Positions 16,752 to 24,932 of a DNA stretch of 34,264 bases are shown piece after piece (the first letter of the stretch is position 1; each line of letters starts with the position of its first letter). The position numbers and the translations under genes were made by a program. A model generated the notes under the pieces. It ran no database searches, was not told where the DNA came from, and saw nothing but the letters and a program-made list of their open reading frames with translations. The DNA is from Polyangiales bacterium (GTDB lineage Bacteria; Myxococcota_A; Polyangia; Polyangiales; Polyangiaceae): positions 1 through 34,264 of the forward strand of contig JBBRNJ010000086.1 in NCBI GenBank assembly GCA_038230375.1, in the 5' to 3' direction.

Positions 16752-18821
16752 ATGAAGATGCGATCCTCGCTGTTCCTTGGTGCGCTCATCCTGACGGCCT
16801 GCGGAACGGCAGCGAATGTCTCGACCGAGGAATCGTCGACGGCGCGCGCGAACGAGGTCGGTGTGACGGGCGCCGCGCGCGTCGGTGTCGATCGGTTGGT
16901 CGCGCACACCGGCAAGGGCTGGAGCGTGTCGGCGCACGAGCTCTTCGGCACCACGTCGCATCTCGAGGGGTCGGCGCCGGGCGCGCTGGTCGGTAGCGAA
17001 GGATACAAGAGCACGCTCGCGTTCCTCACGGAGTACAAGGACATCTTCTCGATGCGCGCGCCGGCCGAGGAGCTTCGTCTCTCGCGCGAGCGCACCGACG
17101 ACCTTGGCACGCGGCACGTGCGCATGCAGCAGATCGTTGCTGGCCTCCGCGTGGTCGACGCGGAGATGATGGCGCACTTCGACAAGAGCGGTGCGCTCGT
17201 CACGCTCGATGCCCGCTACGTCCCGGACCTCCACAACCTGGACACGGTGCCGGCGCTCGAGAAGCCCGCCGCGCTCTCGCTCGCGACGGCGGATGCGCTG
17301 TCGGGCCGCGAGCTCGGGACCGAGCCGTCGGAGCCGGAGCTGGTCGTGTATGCGCCCGGCACGCAGGCGCCTCGCCTCGCATACCATGTCAGGGTCCGCA
17401 TCCAGTCGGAGATGCCGCAGATCCTGGTCTACGAGATCGACGCGAAGACCGGCGCCGTGCTGAACAAGTACGACGACATCCAGACCGTCGCGGGCTCCGG
17501 CAAGGGCGTGAAGGGTGACACGAAGAAGATCGAGGTCACGTCGCAGGGCGGCAGCTACGTGCTCGTCGACTCCACGCGCACGGCCAACAAGATCACGACG
17601 AACACCGCGGCCGGCAGCCAGACCACGCCGGGCAGCCTGGTCTCGTCGACCACCATGACGTCATGGGACACGGCAGGCGCGGGCGCGCCGGGCTCCGCGG
17701 TCGACGCGCACTATCACGCGGGCGTCGTGTACGACTATTACAAGAAGACGCACAACCGCGCGGGCATCGACGGCAAGGACGGCGCGATCATCTCCACCGT
17801 TCACTTCTCCACGAACTACGACAACGCGTTCTGGGACGGCACCCAGATGGTCTACGGCGACGGCGACGGGCAGATGTTCTACGGCTTTGCGGCCGGCATG
17901 GACGTTGTCGGTCACGAGCTCACGCACGGCGTGACGCAGAACGAGTCGAACCTCACGTACCAGGGTCAGTCCGGCGCGCTGAACGAGGCGCTCAGCGACA
18001 TCATGTCGAGCTTCGTCGAGCACTTCGGCAAGCCCGACCCGGTGAAGAACTGGCTCCTTGGCGAGGACATCGGGCCGAGCCCGACGCGCGACATGGTGCA
18101 CCCGGCGAAGGGTCAGCAGCCCGGGAACATGTCGCAGTTCGTGAACACGTCGCAGGACAACGGCGGCGTGCACACCAACTCCGGCATCATCAACAACGCC
18201 GCCTACCTGATGACGATGGGCGGCGCGAACGACAAGTCCGCCATCAAGGTGGCGTTCGGCCTTGGCTGGGACAAGTCCGCGAAGCTCTGGTACCTGACCA
18301 ATACGCAGTACCTGACGGCTGGCTCCACGTTCAAGGCTGCGGCCGCCGCGACGCTGACCGCAGCGAAGGCGCTCAACTTCACGCAGAACGAGCAGAACAT
18401 CGTCGATTGCGCGTGGATCGCGGTCGGCGTCAACACGGGCACGTGCCAGGCGCTCACGGACCCGGCGACGTCCAATGGCAGTGGCCCCAGCACCGATACG
18501 GACGCTGGCTCGGGCGACGGCCGGGGCAACGGAAACGGAAACGGAAACGGAAACGGAAACGGAAACGGAAACGGCAACGGCAACGGTAACGGCAACGGTA
18601 ACGGCAACAACGACACCGGCGGCTCGAACAGCGGCAACGGCTCGAGCAACGGCAACACGAACGGCGGCTTTGGCGGTCAGCAGACCGGGCTCAACAGCAC
18701 GCCGACGAGCAGCGGCTGCGCCGTCACGAACGACAAGACCCCCGACCTTGGCTCCTTCGCCGCCTTCGGCGTGGGCATGGTTGGTCTGGTCGCGGTGCGC
18801 CGCCGCCGGCTCGTGAAGTGA
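16752..18821 (+). CDS. M4 family (thermolysin-like) zinc metalloprotease with FTP/PepSY propeptide, Gly-Asn linker and MYXO-CTERM tail
   Basis: Lipobox-like LTAC; NAFWDG.QM.YGDG, VGHELTHG (HExxH), GALNEALSD, DNGGVH.NS; C-terminal SSGCAV + TM + RRRR. Confidence 0.95.
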   Translation: MKMRSSLFLGALILTACGTAANVSTEESSTARANEVGVTGAARVGVDRLVAHTGKGWSVSAHELFGTTSHLEGSAPGALVGSEGYKSTLAFLTEYKDIFSMRAPAEELRLSRERTDDLGTRHVRMQQIVAGLRVVDAEMMAHFDKSGALVTLDARYVPDLHNLDTVPALEKPAALSLATADALSGRELGTEPSEPELVVYAPGTQAPRLAYHVRVRIQSEMPQILVYEIDAKTGAVLNKYDDIQTVAGSGKGVKGDTKKIEVTSQGGSYVLVDSTRTANKITTNTAAGSQTTPGSLVSSTTMTSWDTAGAGAPGSAVDAHYHAGVVYDYYKKTHNRAGIDGKDGAIISTVHFSTNYDNAFWDGTQMVYGDGDGQMFYGFAAGMDVVGHELTHGVTQNESNLTYQGQSGALNEALSDIMSSFVEHFGKPDPVKNWLLGEDIGPSPTRDMVHPAKGQQPGNMSQFVNTSQDNGGVHTNSGIINNAAYLMTMGGANDKSAIKVAFGLGWDKSAKLWYLTNTQYLTAGSTFKAAAAATLTAAKALNFTQNEQNIVDCAWIAVGVNTGTCQALTDPATSNGSGPSTDTDAGSGDGRGNGNGNGNGNGNGNGNGNGNGNGNGNGNNDTGGSNSGNGSSNGNTNGGFGGQQTGLNSTPTSSGCAVTNDKTPDLGSFAAFGVGMVGLVAVRRRRLVK
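18525..18608 (+). repeat. Hexanucleotide tandem repeat (GGNAAC)x14 encoding (Gly-Asn)14, including 7 perfect GGAAAC copies at 18531-18572
   Basis: Direct reading of the sequence. Confidence 0.95.
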
Positions 18822-18857
18822 AGCGAAGTGAAGCGCAGTGACCGAGAGACGTGAACG

Positions 18858-19799
18858 CTACTTCGTGAACGTGCGGAACGCCGCCACGGTGCGCGCAAGA
18901 CCCTCGCGCACGCGGACCTTCGGCTCGAAGCCGATCAGCTCGCGTGCGCGCGTGATGTCGGCCAGGGAGTCTTTCACGTCGCCCGCGCGCGTTTCCTTGT
19001 ATTCTGCACTCAACTTGGTCCCCGTCTCCTCACCGATGTGGGCGAGCAGCTGGTTCAAGGAGATGCGATCGCCGCAGGCGATGTTCACGACCTGCCCGGA
19101 GAGCTTGGTCTTCGTGCTGGCGGCGAGCAGGTTCGCGTCGACCGTGTTGTCGATGAAGCAGAAGTCGCGCGTCTGCTCCCCATCGCCGTAGACGACGGGG
19201 CGCGTGCCGGTGAGAGCGGCGGTGATGAACTTCGGGATGACGGCGGCGTACTCGCTCGCGGGATCTTGCCGCGGACCGAACACGTTGAAGTAGCGAAGTG
19301 CGAGCGTCTCGATCCCATAGAGCGAGGAGAAGACGCGCAGGAGCTCTTCGCCCGTGAGCTTGGAAATGGCGTACGGCGACAGCGGCGCGGGGGCCATGGT
19401 CTCGATCTTGGGCAAGGTGGGCGTGTTGCCATAGGCGGAGGAGCTGGCTGCGAAGACCAGGCGACGGACGCCGGCGCGGCGGGCCTCGTCCAGGATCACG
19501 GTGGTGCCCTGGACGTTGGCGAACATGGACATCTGCGGGTCGTCGACCGAGCGCGACACGGACGGAATGGCCGCCTGGTGGAAGACCACGTCTACGCCCT
19601 GCATGGCCTTCTTCACCACGGCGGCGTCGCAGATGGAGCCTTCGATGAGCTCGACGGGGCCCTTCAGCGTCTCCACGTTGACGCGGCGACCGGTGGAGAA
19701 ATCGTCGATGATGCGGACGCGTTCGCCCTGTCCGAGCAGGCGCTCCGCGATGGACGAGCCGATGAAACCTGCGCCTCCGGTCACGAGATACTTCGTCAT
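18858..19799 (-). CDS. NAD-dependent nucleotide-sugar epimerase/dehydratase (extended SDR; UDP-GlcNAc 4-epimerase WbpP/TviC-like)
   Basis: TGGAGFIG, HQAA..SV.RS, ASSSAYG, PLSPYAISK (YxxxK), LRYFNVFGPRQDP...YAAVIPKF, GDGEQTRDF. Confidence 0.93.
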   Translation of the reverse strand: MTKYLVTGGAGFIGSSIAERLLGQGERVRIIDDFSTGRRVNVETLKGPVELIEGSICDAAVVKKAMQGVDVVFHQAAIPSVSRSVDDPQMSMFANVQGTTVILDEARRAGVRRLVFAASSSAYGNTPTLPKIETMAPAPLSPYAISKLTGEELLRVFSSLYGIETLALRYFNVFGPRQDPASEYAAVIPKFITAALTGTRPVVYGDGEQTRDFCFIDNTVDANLLAASTKTKLSGQVVNIACGDRISLNQLLAHIGEETGTKLSAEYKETRAGDVKDSLADITRARELIGFEPKVRVREGLARTVAAFRTFTK

Positions 19800-19862
19800 G
19801 ATGGGCGCGCACCATACCATGAAACTTGTCCCTCTTCCGGCCGCTCTCGTAGTTTCCAGGGC

Positions 19863-20171
19863 ATGAGTCGAGACACCGCCATGCCCTGCTCCTCATCCAA
19901 TAGTGCGTGCGCCGTCTGTGGGCACGCCGACGCGCGCGCGATGACGACCACCATGCTCGCCACCGGCGAGATGGTCCCGGTGTGCGGCAACCACGCGCTC
20001 ATGCACGACCGCGCGCTGCGCAAGGCCAGTTCGGCGAAGGAGCTCTCGAAGATGGCGGGCAACCGACGCGACCGCAAGGACCGACGCGACGGGACTGCCG
20101 ACGAGCTGGGCGGGCGCCTCATCGCGGCTTTCTCCGGTGACCGACGCAAGACAGACGAACGCCGCGCTTAG
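19863..20171 (+). CDS. 102-aa protein with CxxC...CxxH zinc-finger-like N-half and Arg/Asp-rich C-half
   Basis: CAVC...CGNH; NRRDRKDRR and DRRKTDERR; TAGTTT 7 nt before ATG; embedded in the track's 19038..20171 shadow ORF. Confidence 0.75.
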   Translation: MSRDTAMPCSSSNSACAVCGHADARAMTTTMLATGEMVPVCGNHALMHDRALRKASSAKELSKMAGNRRDRKDRRDGTADELGGRLIAAFSGDRRKTDERRA

Positions 20172-20238
20172 TTCTGCTCATGCAGATGTAGTGGCGTTAG
20201 CGAAGGCGAATCGGCTCGTCCTTTAGTAAGGTCGTGGC

Positions 20239-20310
20239 GTGAACACGCAGGCGAACCCAAAGGGTGAGCATCTTGTGCAAGACGCCCGACCGCAGGGGGG
20301 AAAGTCTTGA
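20239..20310 (+). CDS. Putative 23-aa leaderless upstream ORF (MNTQANPKGEHLVQDARPQGGKS) overlapping the nuclease start (TTGA)
   Basis: TAAGGT at 20227-20232, 6 nt before GTG 20239; stop TGA 20308-20310 overlaps TTG 20307. Confidence 0.3.
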   Translation: MNTQANPKGEHLVQDARPQGGKS

Positions 20311-21554
20311 AAATTGTTCACGCGGCGGACCTGCACATCGACAGCCCCATGGTCGGCGTAGAGAAGTATCCGGGCGTGCCGGTGGAGCGGCTCCGTAGCG
20401 CCACGCGCGACGCGTTCAAGAACCTGGTGACGTTCACGCTGGACGAAGGCGCCGAGCTGCTCGTCCTGGCCGGCGACCTCTTCGACGACAACTGGCGCGA
20501 CTACGCGACGGGGCTCTATTTCCTGCGCGAGCTGGGTCGCCTTCGCGACGCCGGAACCAAGGTGGTGTTGCTGCGCGGCAATCATGACGCCGCGGGACAC
20601 GTCACGCGGAAGCTCTTGCTCCCGAAGGAGTACGTGACGGAGCTCTCCACGAAGAAGCCAGAGACCATCGTGTTCGAGGCGCTCGGCGTCGCGGTCCACG
20701 GACAGGGTTATGCGCAGCGCGAGACCACGCAGGATCTCGCGCTTACCTATCCAGCGCCGATCTCCGGCCTCCTGAACATCGGCGTCCTGCACACGTCACT
20801 GGACGGGCGCGAGGGGCACGCCAGCTACGCGCCGACGAACGTGCGCACCCTGGAAGCAAAGGGGTACGACTACTGGGCGCTCGGGCACGTGCATGCACGC
20901 GAGATCGTCTCTCGCGAGCCGTGGATCGTGTTCCCTGGGAATTTGCAGGGCCGCAGCGTGCGCGAGACCGGCGCCAAGGGCGCGACGTTGATCACCGCGG
21001 TCGAAGGAGCGATCACCGACGTCACGCATGTCCCGCAAGACGTCGTGCGGTGGAACGTGCTCGAGGTAGATGCGACCGACGCCCAGGACGACGAGGCCGT
21101 GCTCGGCGTATTCGAACGCGCGCTCGAGGAGCAGGGCCGCGCGCTGGAGACGCGACTGGGCGTTGCGCGGGTGCGGATCAGGGCGAACGAGAGGCTGTTC
21201 GGTCGCTTGCTGTCGGACGAAGAGAGCTTCGTCTCCGAGCTTCGCAACCACGCCAACACCAGGACCGGTGAGAGCTGGGCGCTCGAGAAGGTGAAGCTTG
21301 TGCTCGACACCGACGACGCGCACGCGAGCGGCCGCGGCGACGCCGGCAACGGTCCGCTGCTCGCGAGCAGTGACACAAGACGCGCCGACCCCGCGCTGCT
21401 CGAACGTGCGAAGGAGAAGCTGCGTGCGTTCAACGCACGGATGCCCAAGGAGGTCCGCGAGACCCTGCCTCTGGACGACGATCGGGTGCTATCGCAGCTG
21501 CTCGCGGAGGCAGACGCGATCCTCACGCGCGCGCTGCGCGAGGACGGGCGATGA
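20307..21554 (+). CDS. Mre11/SbcD-like metallophosphoesterase DNA repair exonuclease (YhaO type)
   Basis: HAADLH, LAGDLFD, GNHD, GVLH, YWALGHVH, FPGNLQGR...ETG.KG. Confidence 0.93.
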   Translation: MKIVHAADLHIDSPMVGVEKYPGVPVERLRSATRDAFKNLVTFTLDEGAELLVLAGDLFDDNWRDYATGLYFLRELGRLRDAGTKVVLLRGNHDAAGHVTRKLLLPKEYVTELSTKKPETIVFEALGVAVHGQGYAQRETTQDLALTYPAPISGLLNIGVLHTSLDGREGHASYAPTNVRTLEAKGYDYWALGHVHAREIVSREPWIVFPGNLQGRSVRETGAKGATLITAVEGAITDVTHVPQDVVRWNVLEVDATDAQDDEAVLGVFERALEEQGRALETRLGVARVRIRANERLFGRLLSDEESFVSELRNHANTRTGESWALEKVKLVLDTDDAHASGRGDAGNGPLLASSDTRRADPALLERAKEKLRAFNARMPKEVRETLPLDDDRVLSQLLAEADAILTRALREDGR

Positions 21555-24500
21555 GGCTCCTGCGCCTGCTCCTATCGCCCTATGGCTCGCACGAGCGGAC
21601 GGAGTTGACCCTGGGCGGAAGCGGCACGCTCGATGTGATCTACGGCCCGAACGAGGCCGGAAAGAGCACCCTGCGGCGTGCTGTCGTGGGTCTCTTCTAC
21701 GGCGTCGAGGAGCGCACCCCGGACGCCCACCGCTTCCCCGGCAAGGACCTGCGCATCACCGCCGACGTGGTCATCGACGGCGCCACGCGCACCGTCACGC
21801 GAAAGAAGGGCCGCAAGACGACGCTCGTGGACGACGCGGGCGCTCCGGTGGATGCCGCGACGTGGGCACGTGCGCTCTGCGGCATCACGCGCGAGGCGTA
21901 CGAGCGCGGCTTCGGATTGGACCATGAGCTCCTGCGGAAGGGCGCGGAAGGAATGCTGTCGGGCGATGCGGACCTGGGCGAGAGCCTGCTCTCCGCGAGC
22001 ACGGGCGCCGTGAATCTTGGACGGTTCCGCGAGGAGCAGCGCGAACGCGCCGATGCCATCTACTCCGACAGGGCCAAGACGAAAGCCCTGAACGAAGCCC
22101 TCGCCACGTATGCCGCGAAGCGACGCACGGTGACGGAGCTGGCCACGAACAGCGAGGTCTACCTGGGTCAGAAGCGAGCGCTCGACGAGGCGGAGGCGGC
22201 GCGTGATCTTGCTCAGAAGCGGCGCACGGAGCTTGTCGTCGAGAAGCAGCGCGCGGACCGGCAAGACAGGCTCGGGATCCTGTTCTCCCAGCGCAAAGGC
22301 GTCATGGGGAACCTCTTGCGCGTCGGCGACGTTCCCAGGGTCACGGAGGAAGCTGCGCGGAGCCGCGCCGTTGCGGCAGACACGCTGAAGAAGGCGGAGA
22401 CGGAGATCGCATCACTACAGGCGCGCGTCCAGGCTCTGGAGTCCGAGGTCGCGGCGAACGTCGAGCGCATGCGGGCGTACCTGCCGCTCGGCCACGTGGA
22501 CGCCGAGGAGTTTCTGAGCCGCCGCGGCGCCGTTGCCAGGGACAGGGACGAGCACGCATCAAAGGAAGCGGAGCTCGCAGAAGCGCAGGCCAGGGCCTCC
22601 ACGCGGCTCGCCGCGATCGCTGGTGATAGGCCGGCGCTCTCTGTCGCGGCGTTGTCCGCGATGTCCGTGAACCTCGCCGAGCTGAGTCAGGCGAGGAGCC
22701 GACGTACGGACAGGATCGAGGCAGAACGCGTGCAACTTGCACGCATTGACGCAGAGCTGTCGGAGGTGGTGGATGCCGCAAGCACGCGCTCCGCGAGCGC
22801 GAAGACCGCTCTTCTGGTCAGCCTCTTGGCTGCGGAAGAGGTGCTCGAGCGAAGCCGCGAGCTGCCTCGGCTTCGTGTCGAGATGAGCGCGCTGCACCAG
22901 GAGCTTGCGACGCTGCCGACGTTGCCCGACGACGCGGTGCTGCCCGACGAGTCAGCGCTGACGGAGGTGGCCGCGTTGCGAACGCCCCTGCTCGGCGCAA
23001 GGCTCGAGATCGAACGAGAGCTGTCGGTGCTCCGGGACCGGACCGCCGGGATCGACACGGAGCTTCTTGCGCTCACCGCAGCGCGGGTCCCGTCGGAGGC
23101 GGAGCTCACCGAGACGCGCGCCGCACGCGACGGGCTGCTGTCGCCGCCGAAGGGACTCGAGACGCGGATGCAGGCGCTGCGTGACGCGATCGCCCAGGCC
23201 GACTCCATGGCGGACCGCATGCGGCGCGAGTCGGACGGCGTCGCACGGCGCGCACGCCTTGGAGCAGAGAAGGATGCGGCCGAGTCGCAGGCGCGCAAGG
23301 CGGACCTTGCTCTTTTGCGCGTGGGGAAGGAGCTCGGTGAGGTGGAGCGGCGATATCGGGAGCTGTTCGTCGGACTTGCGGTGCCGGATCCCGCGAGCGC
23401 ATCGTCGTTCGTGCGCAAGGCGATGCAGGGCGTTGCACTGCGAGCGAGGGCGGTGACACAAGCGGCAACGATCGCGGCGCTGGAGACCGAGGAGACAGCA
23501 GCCGCGAACGAGCTCTCGGCCGCGCTCGGCGGTGCGAGAGGCCCGCTCCGGGCGCTCGTCGAGACGGCACGTGCCGAGAGGGTCGCGGGCGAGAGCGCCA
23601 ACCACGTACAGAAGGAGCGCGAAGAGCACCGCGCGCGGAAGCGCCACGAGAGGGCCGACCACGCGGCGAGGCTTGCGGCGCTGGTCCTTGACGAACGAGG
23701 CGCGCAGCGCACGCTGGACGGACTGCTTTCCGAGCTGGGGCTCCGCCCCGATTCGAGCGCCGAGCTCGCGGTGCAGAAGACGGGGGCGCTCCGGGAGCTC
23801 GCGGAGGAGGAGGAGGTCGCGCGGAAGCTCGGACGCGACGTCGCCGTGATCGCAGAGCGCATACAGGCCCATGACAACGCAACGACCGTCCTCTTCGGCG
23901 CGCTCTTGCTGCAGCCAGAGGCGAGCGGTGAACGGCGTGCTCAGACCATCGCGGAGATGCTGAAGGCGCAGGGCAGCATCCAGAAGCTCACGGACCAGAC
24001 CGACGCGGAGCTGAGAAGCACGCACGCGCGGTACGCAGAGGCAGTGGTGCGTAGGGACGCTGCGCGAGCAACGCTCGATGCGGCGGCGTTGCACCTTGGC
24101 GCGAAGGACTACGCCGAGCTCGATGTACTGGAGGAGCGCTCGCGCGAGCGCGCCAAGCTGCTCGCCGATCGGGACGATCTGGATCGCCGCATCTCGGAGG
24201 CCGGCGGCGATCCGGGCTCGCCGATCGAGGACGCAGAGCGCGAGGCGGCGCAGGCCCGGCTGCCGGTGATCGAGGAGGAGCTCGCCGAGCTGGAGAACAG
24301 CCTGCGCAAGGCGAACGAGAACATCGGCGGTCTCCGCGGCGGCCTCAAGAACTTCGAGCAGGCTGATACGCCCATGATCCTCAGAACCCAGGAGGAGGCG
24401 CAGCAGGAGCTCGCGAAGATCACTGATCTGACCACGCGGTACGCGCGCCTGGTCCTCACTGGAATGCTGCTGGACGAGCGGATCGCCGCGCACCGCGAGG

Positions 24501-24916
24501 AGAACGAGAACGACGTGCTCACGCACGCAAGCACGCTGGTCGCCAAGATCACCAGCGGCTCCATCAAGCGGCTAGAGCCGAGCTACGAGGACGAAGAGCA
24601 CCCCGTGCTTGTGTGCCTCCGCGACGACGGCAAGCAGACCCCCGTCAAGGGCCTGTCCGACGGCACGAAGGACGCGCTCTACCTCTCGCTCCGCATCGCG
24701 AGCCTGAGCAAGCTCGCGCGAAGCGGGCAGGCGCTTCCCGTGCTCTTGGATGACGTGCTCATCCACATGGATGACGAGCGCGCCAAGGTCGCCGTGACGG
24801 CGCTCGCGGAGCTGGCGAAGGAGACCCAGGTGCTCTTCTTCACCCACCACAAGCGGATGGTGGAGCTGTGCGAGGCGGCCATCCCAAAGGCGATGCTGCG
24901 CGTCGAGACCATCTGA
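21551..24916 (+). CDS. YhaN/AAA_27-type Rad50/SbcC-like coiled-coil ABC-ATPase
   Basis: Walker A YGPNEAGKST, long coiled coil, signature LSDGT, Walker B VLLDD, H-loop FTHH; ATGA overlap with the nuclease. Confidence 0.92.
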   Translation: MRLLRLLLSPYGSHERTELTLGGSGTLDVIYGPNEAGKSTLRRAVVGLFYGVEERTPDAHRFPGKDLRITADVVIDGATRTVTRKKGRKTTLVDDAGAPVDAATWARALCGITREAYERGFGLDHELLRKGAEGMLSGDADLGESLLSASTGAVNLGRFREEQRERADAIYSDRAKTKALNEALATYAAKRRTVTELATNSEVYLGQKRALDEAEAARDLAQKRRTELVVEKQRADRQDRLGILFSQRKGVMGNLLRVGDVPRVTEEAARSRAVAADTLKKAETEIASLQARVQALESEVAANVERMRAYLPLGHVDAEEFLSRRGAVARDRDEHASKEAELAEAQARASTRLAAIAGDRPALSVAALSAMSVNLAELSQARSRRTDRIEAERVQLARIDAELSEVVDAASTRSASAKTALLVSLLAAEEVLERSRELPRLRVEMSALHQELATLPTLPDDAVLPDESALTEVAALRTPLLGARLEIERELSVLRDRTAGIDTELLALTAARVPSEAELTETRAARDGLLSPPKGLETRMQALRDAIAQADSMADRMRRESDGVARRARLGAEKDAAESQARKADLALLRVGKELGEVERRYRELFVGLAVPDPASASSFVRKAMQGVALRARAVTQAATIAALETEETAAANELSAALGGARGPLRALVETARAERVAGESANHVQKEREEHRARKRHERADHAARLAALVLDERGAQRTLDGLLSELGLRPDSSAELAVQKTGALRELAEEEEVARKLGRDVAVIAERIQAHDNATTVLFGALLLQPEASGERRAQTIAEMLKAQGSIQKLTDQTDAELRSTHARYAEAVVRRDAARATLDAAALHLGAKDYAELDVLEERSRERAKLLADRDDLDRRISEAGGDPGSPIEDAEREAAQARLPVIEEELAELENSLRKANENIGGLRGGLKNFEQADTPMILRTQEEAQQELAKITDLTTRYARLVLTGMLLDERIAAHREENENDVLTHASTLVAKITSGSIKRLEPSYEDEEHPVLVCLRDDGKQTPVKGLSDGTKDALYLSLRIASLSKLARSGQALPVLLDDVLIHMDDERAKVAVTALAELAKETQVLFFTHHKRMVELCEAAIPKAMLRVETI

Positions 24917-24932
24917 GAGTACGATCACCCCG

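Noticed and set aside
18475..18816. ETETET/ATVTAT, RKRKRK and PFPFPF ORFs, or a CRISPR-like array, at the repeat
   Set aside because: These are alternative-frame readings of the (GGNAAC)n Gly-Asn linker; there are no spacers and no cas genes
18814..18842. GAAGT/GAAGC pentamer repeat between the convergent protease and epimerase genes
   Set aside because: Only about 5 imperfect units; too short to assign a role
9516..24526. Long antisense/alternative-frame ORFs (e.g. 9516..11600, 15508..16674, 22952..24526)
   Set aside because: Shadow ORFs expected in high-GC coding DNA; no motifs, and they overlap well-supported genes
20307..24916. Calling the nuclease-ATPase pair a known defence system (Wadjet/Lamassu) or canonical sbcCD
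   Set aside because: No kleisin, KITE or effector genes, no mobile or defence-island context, and the motifs fit the YhaO/YhaN family; gene symbols withheld
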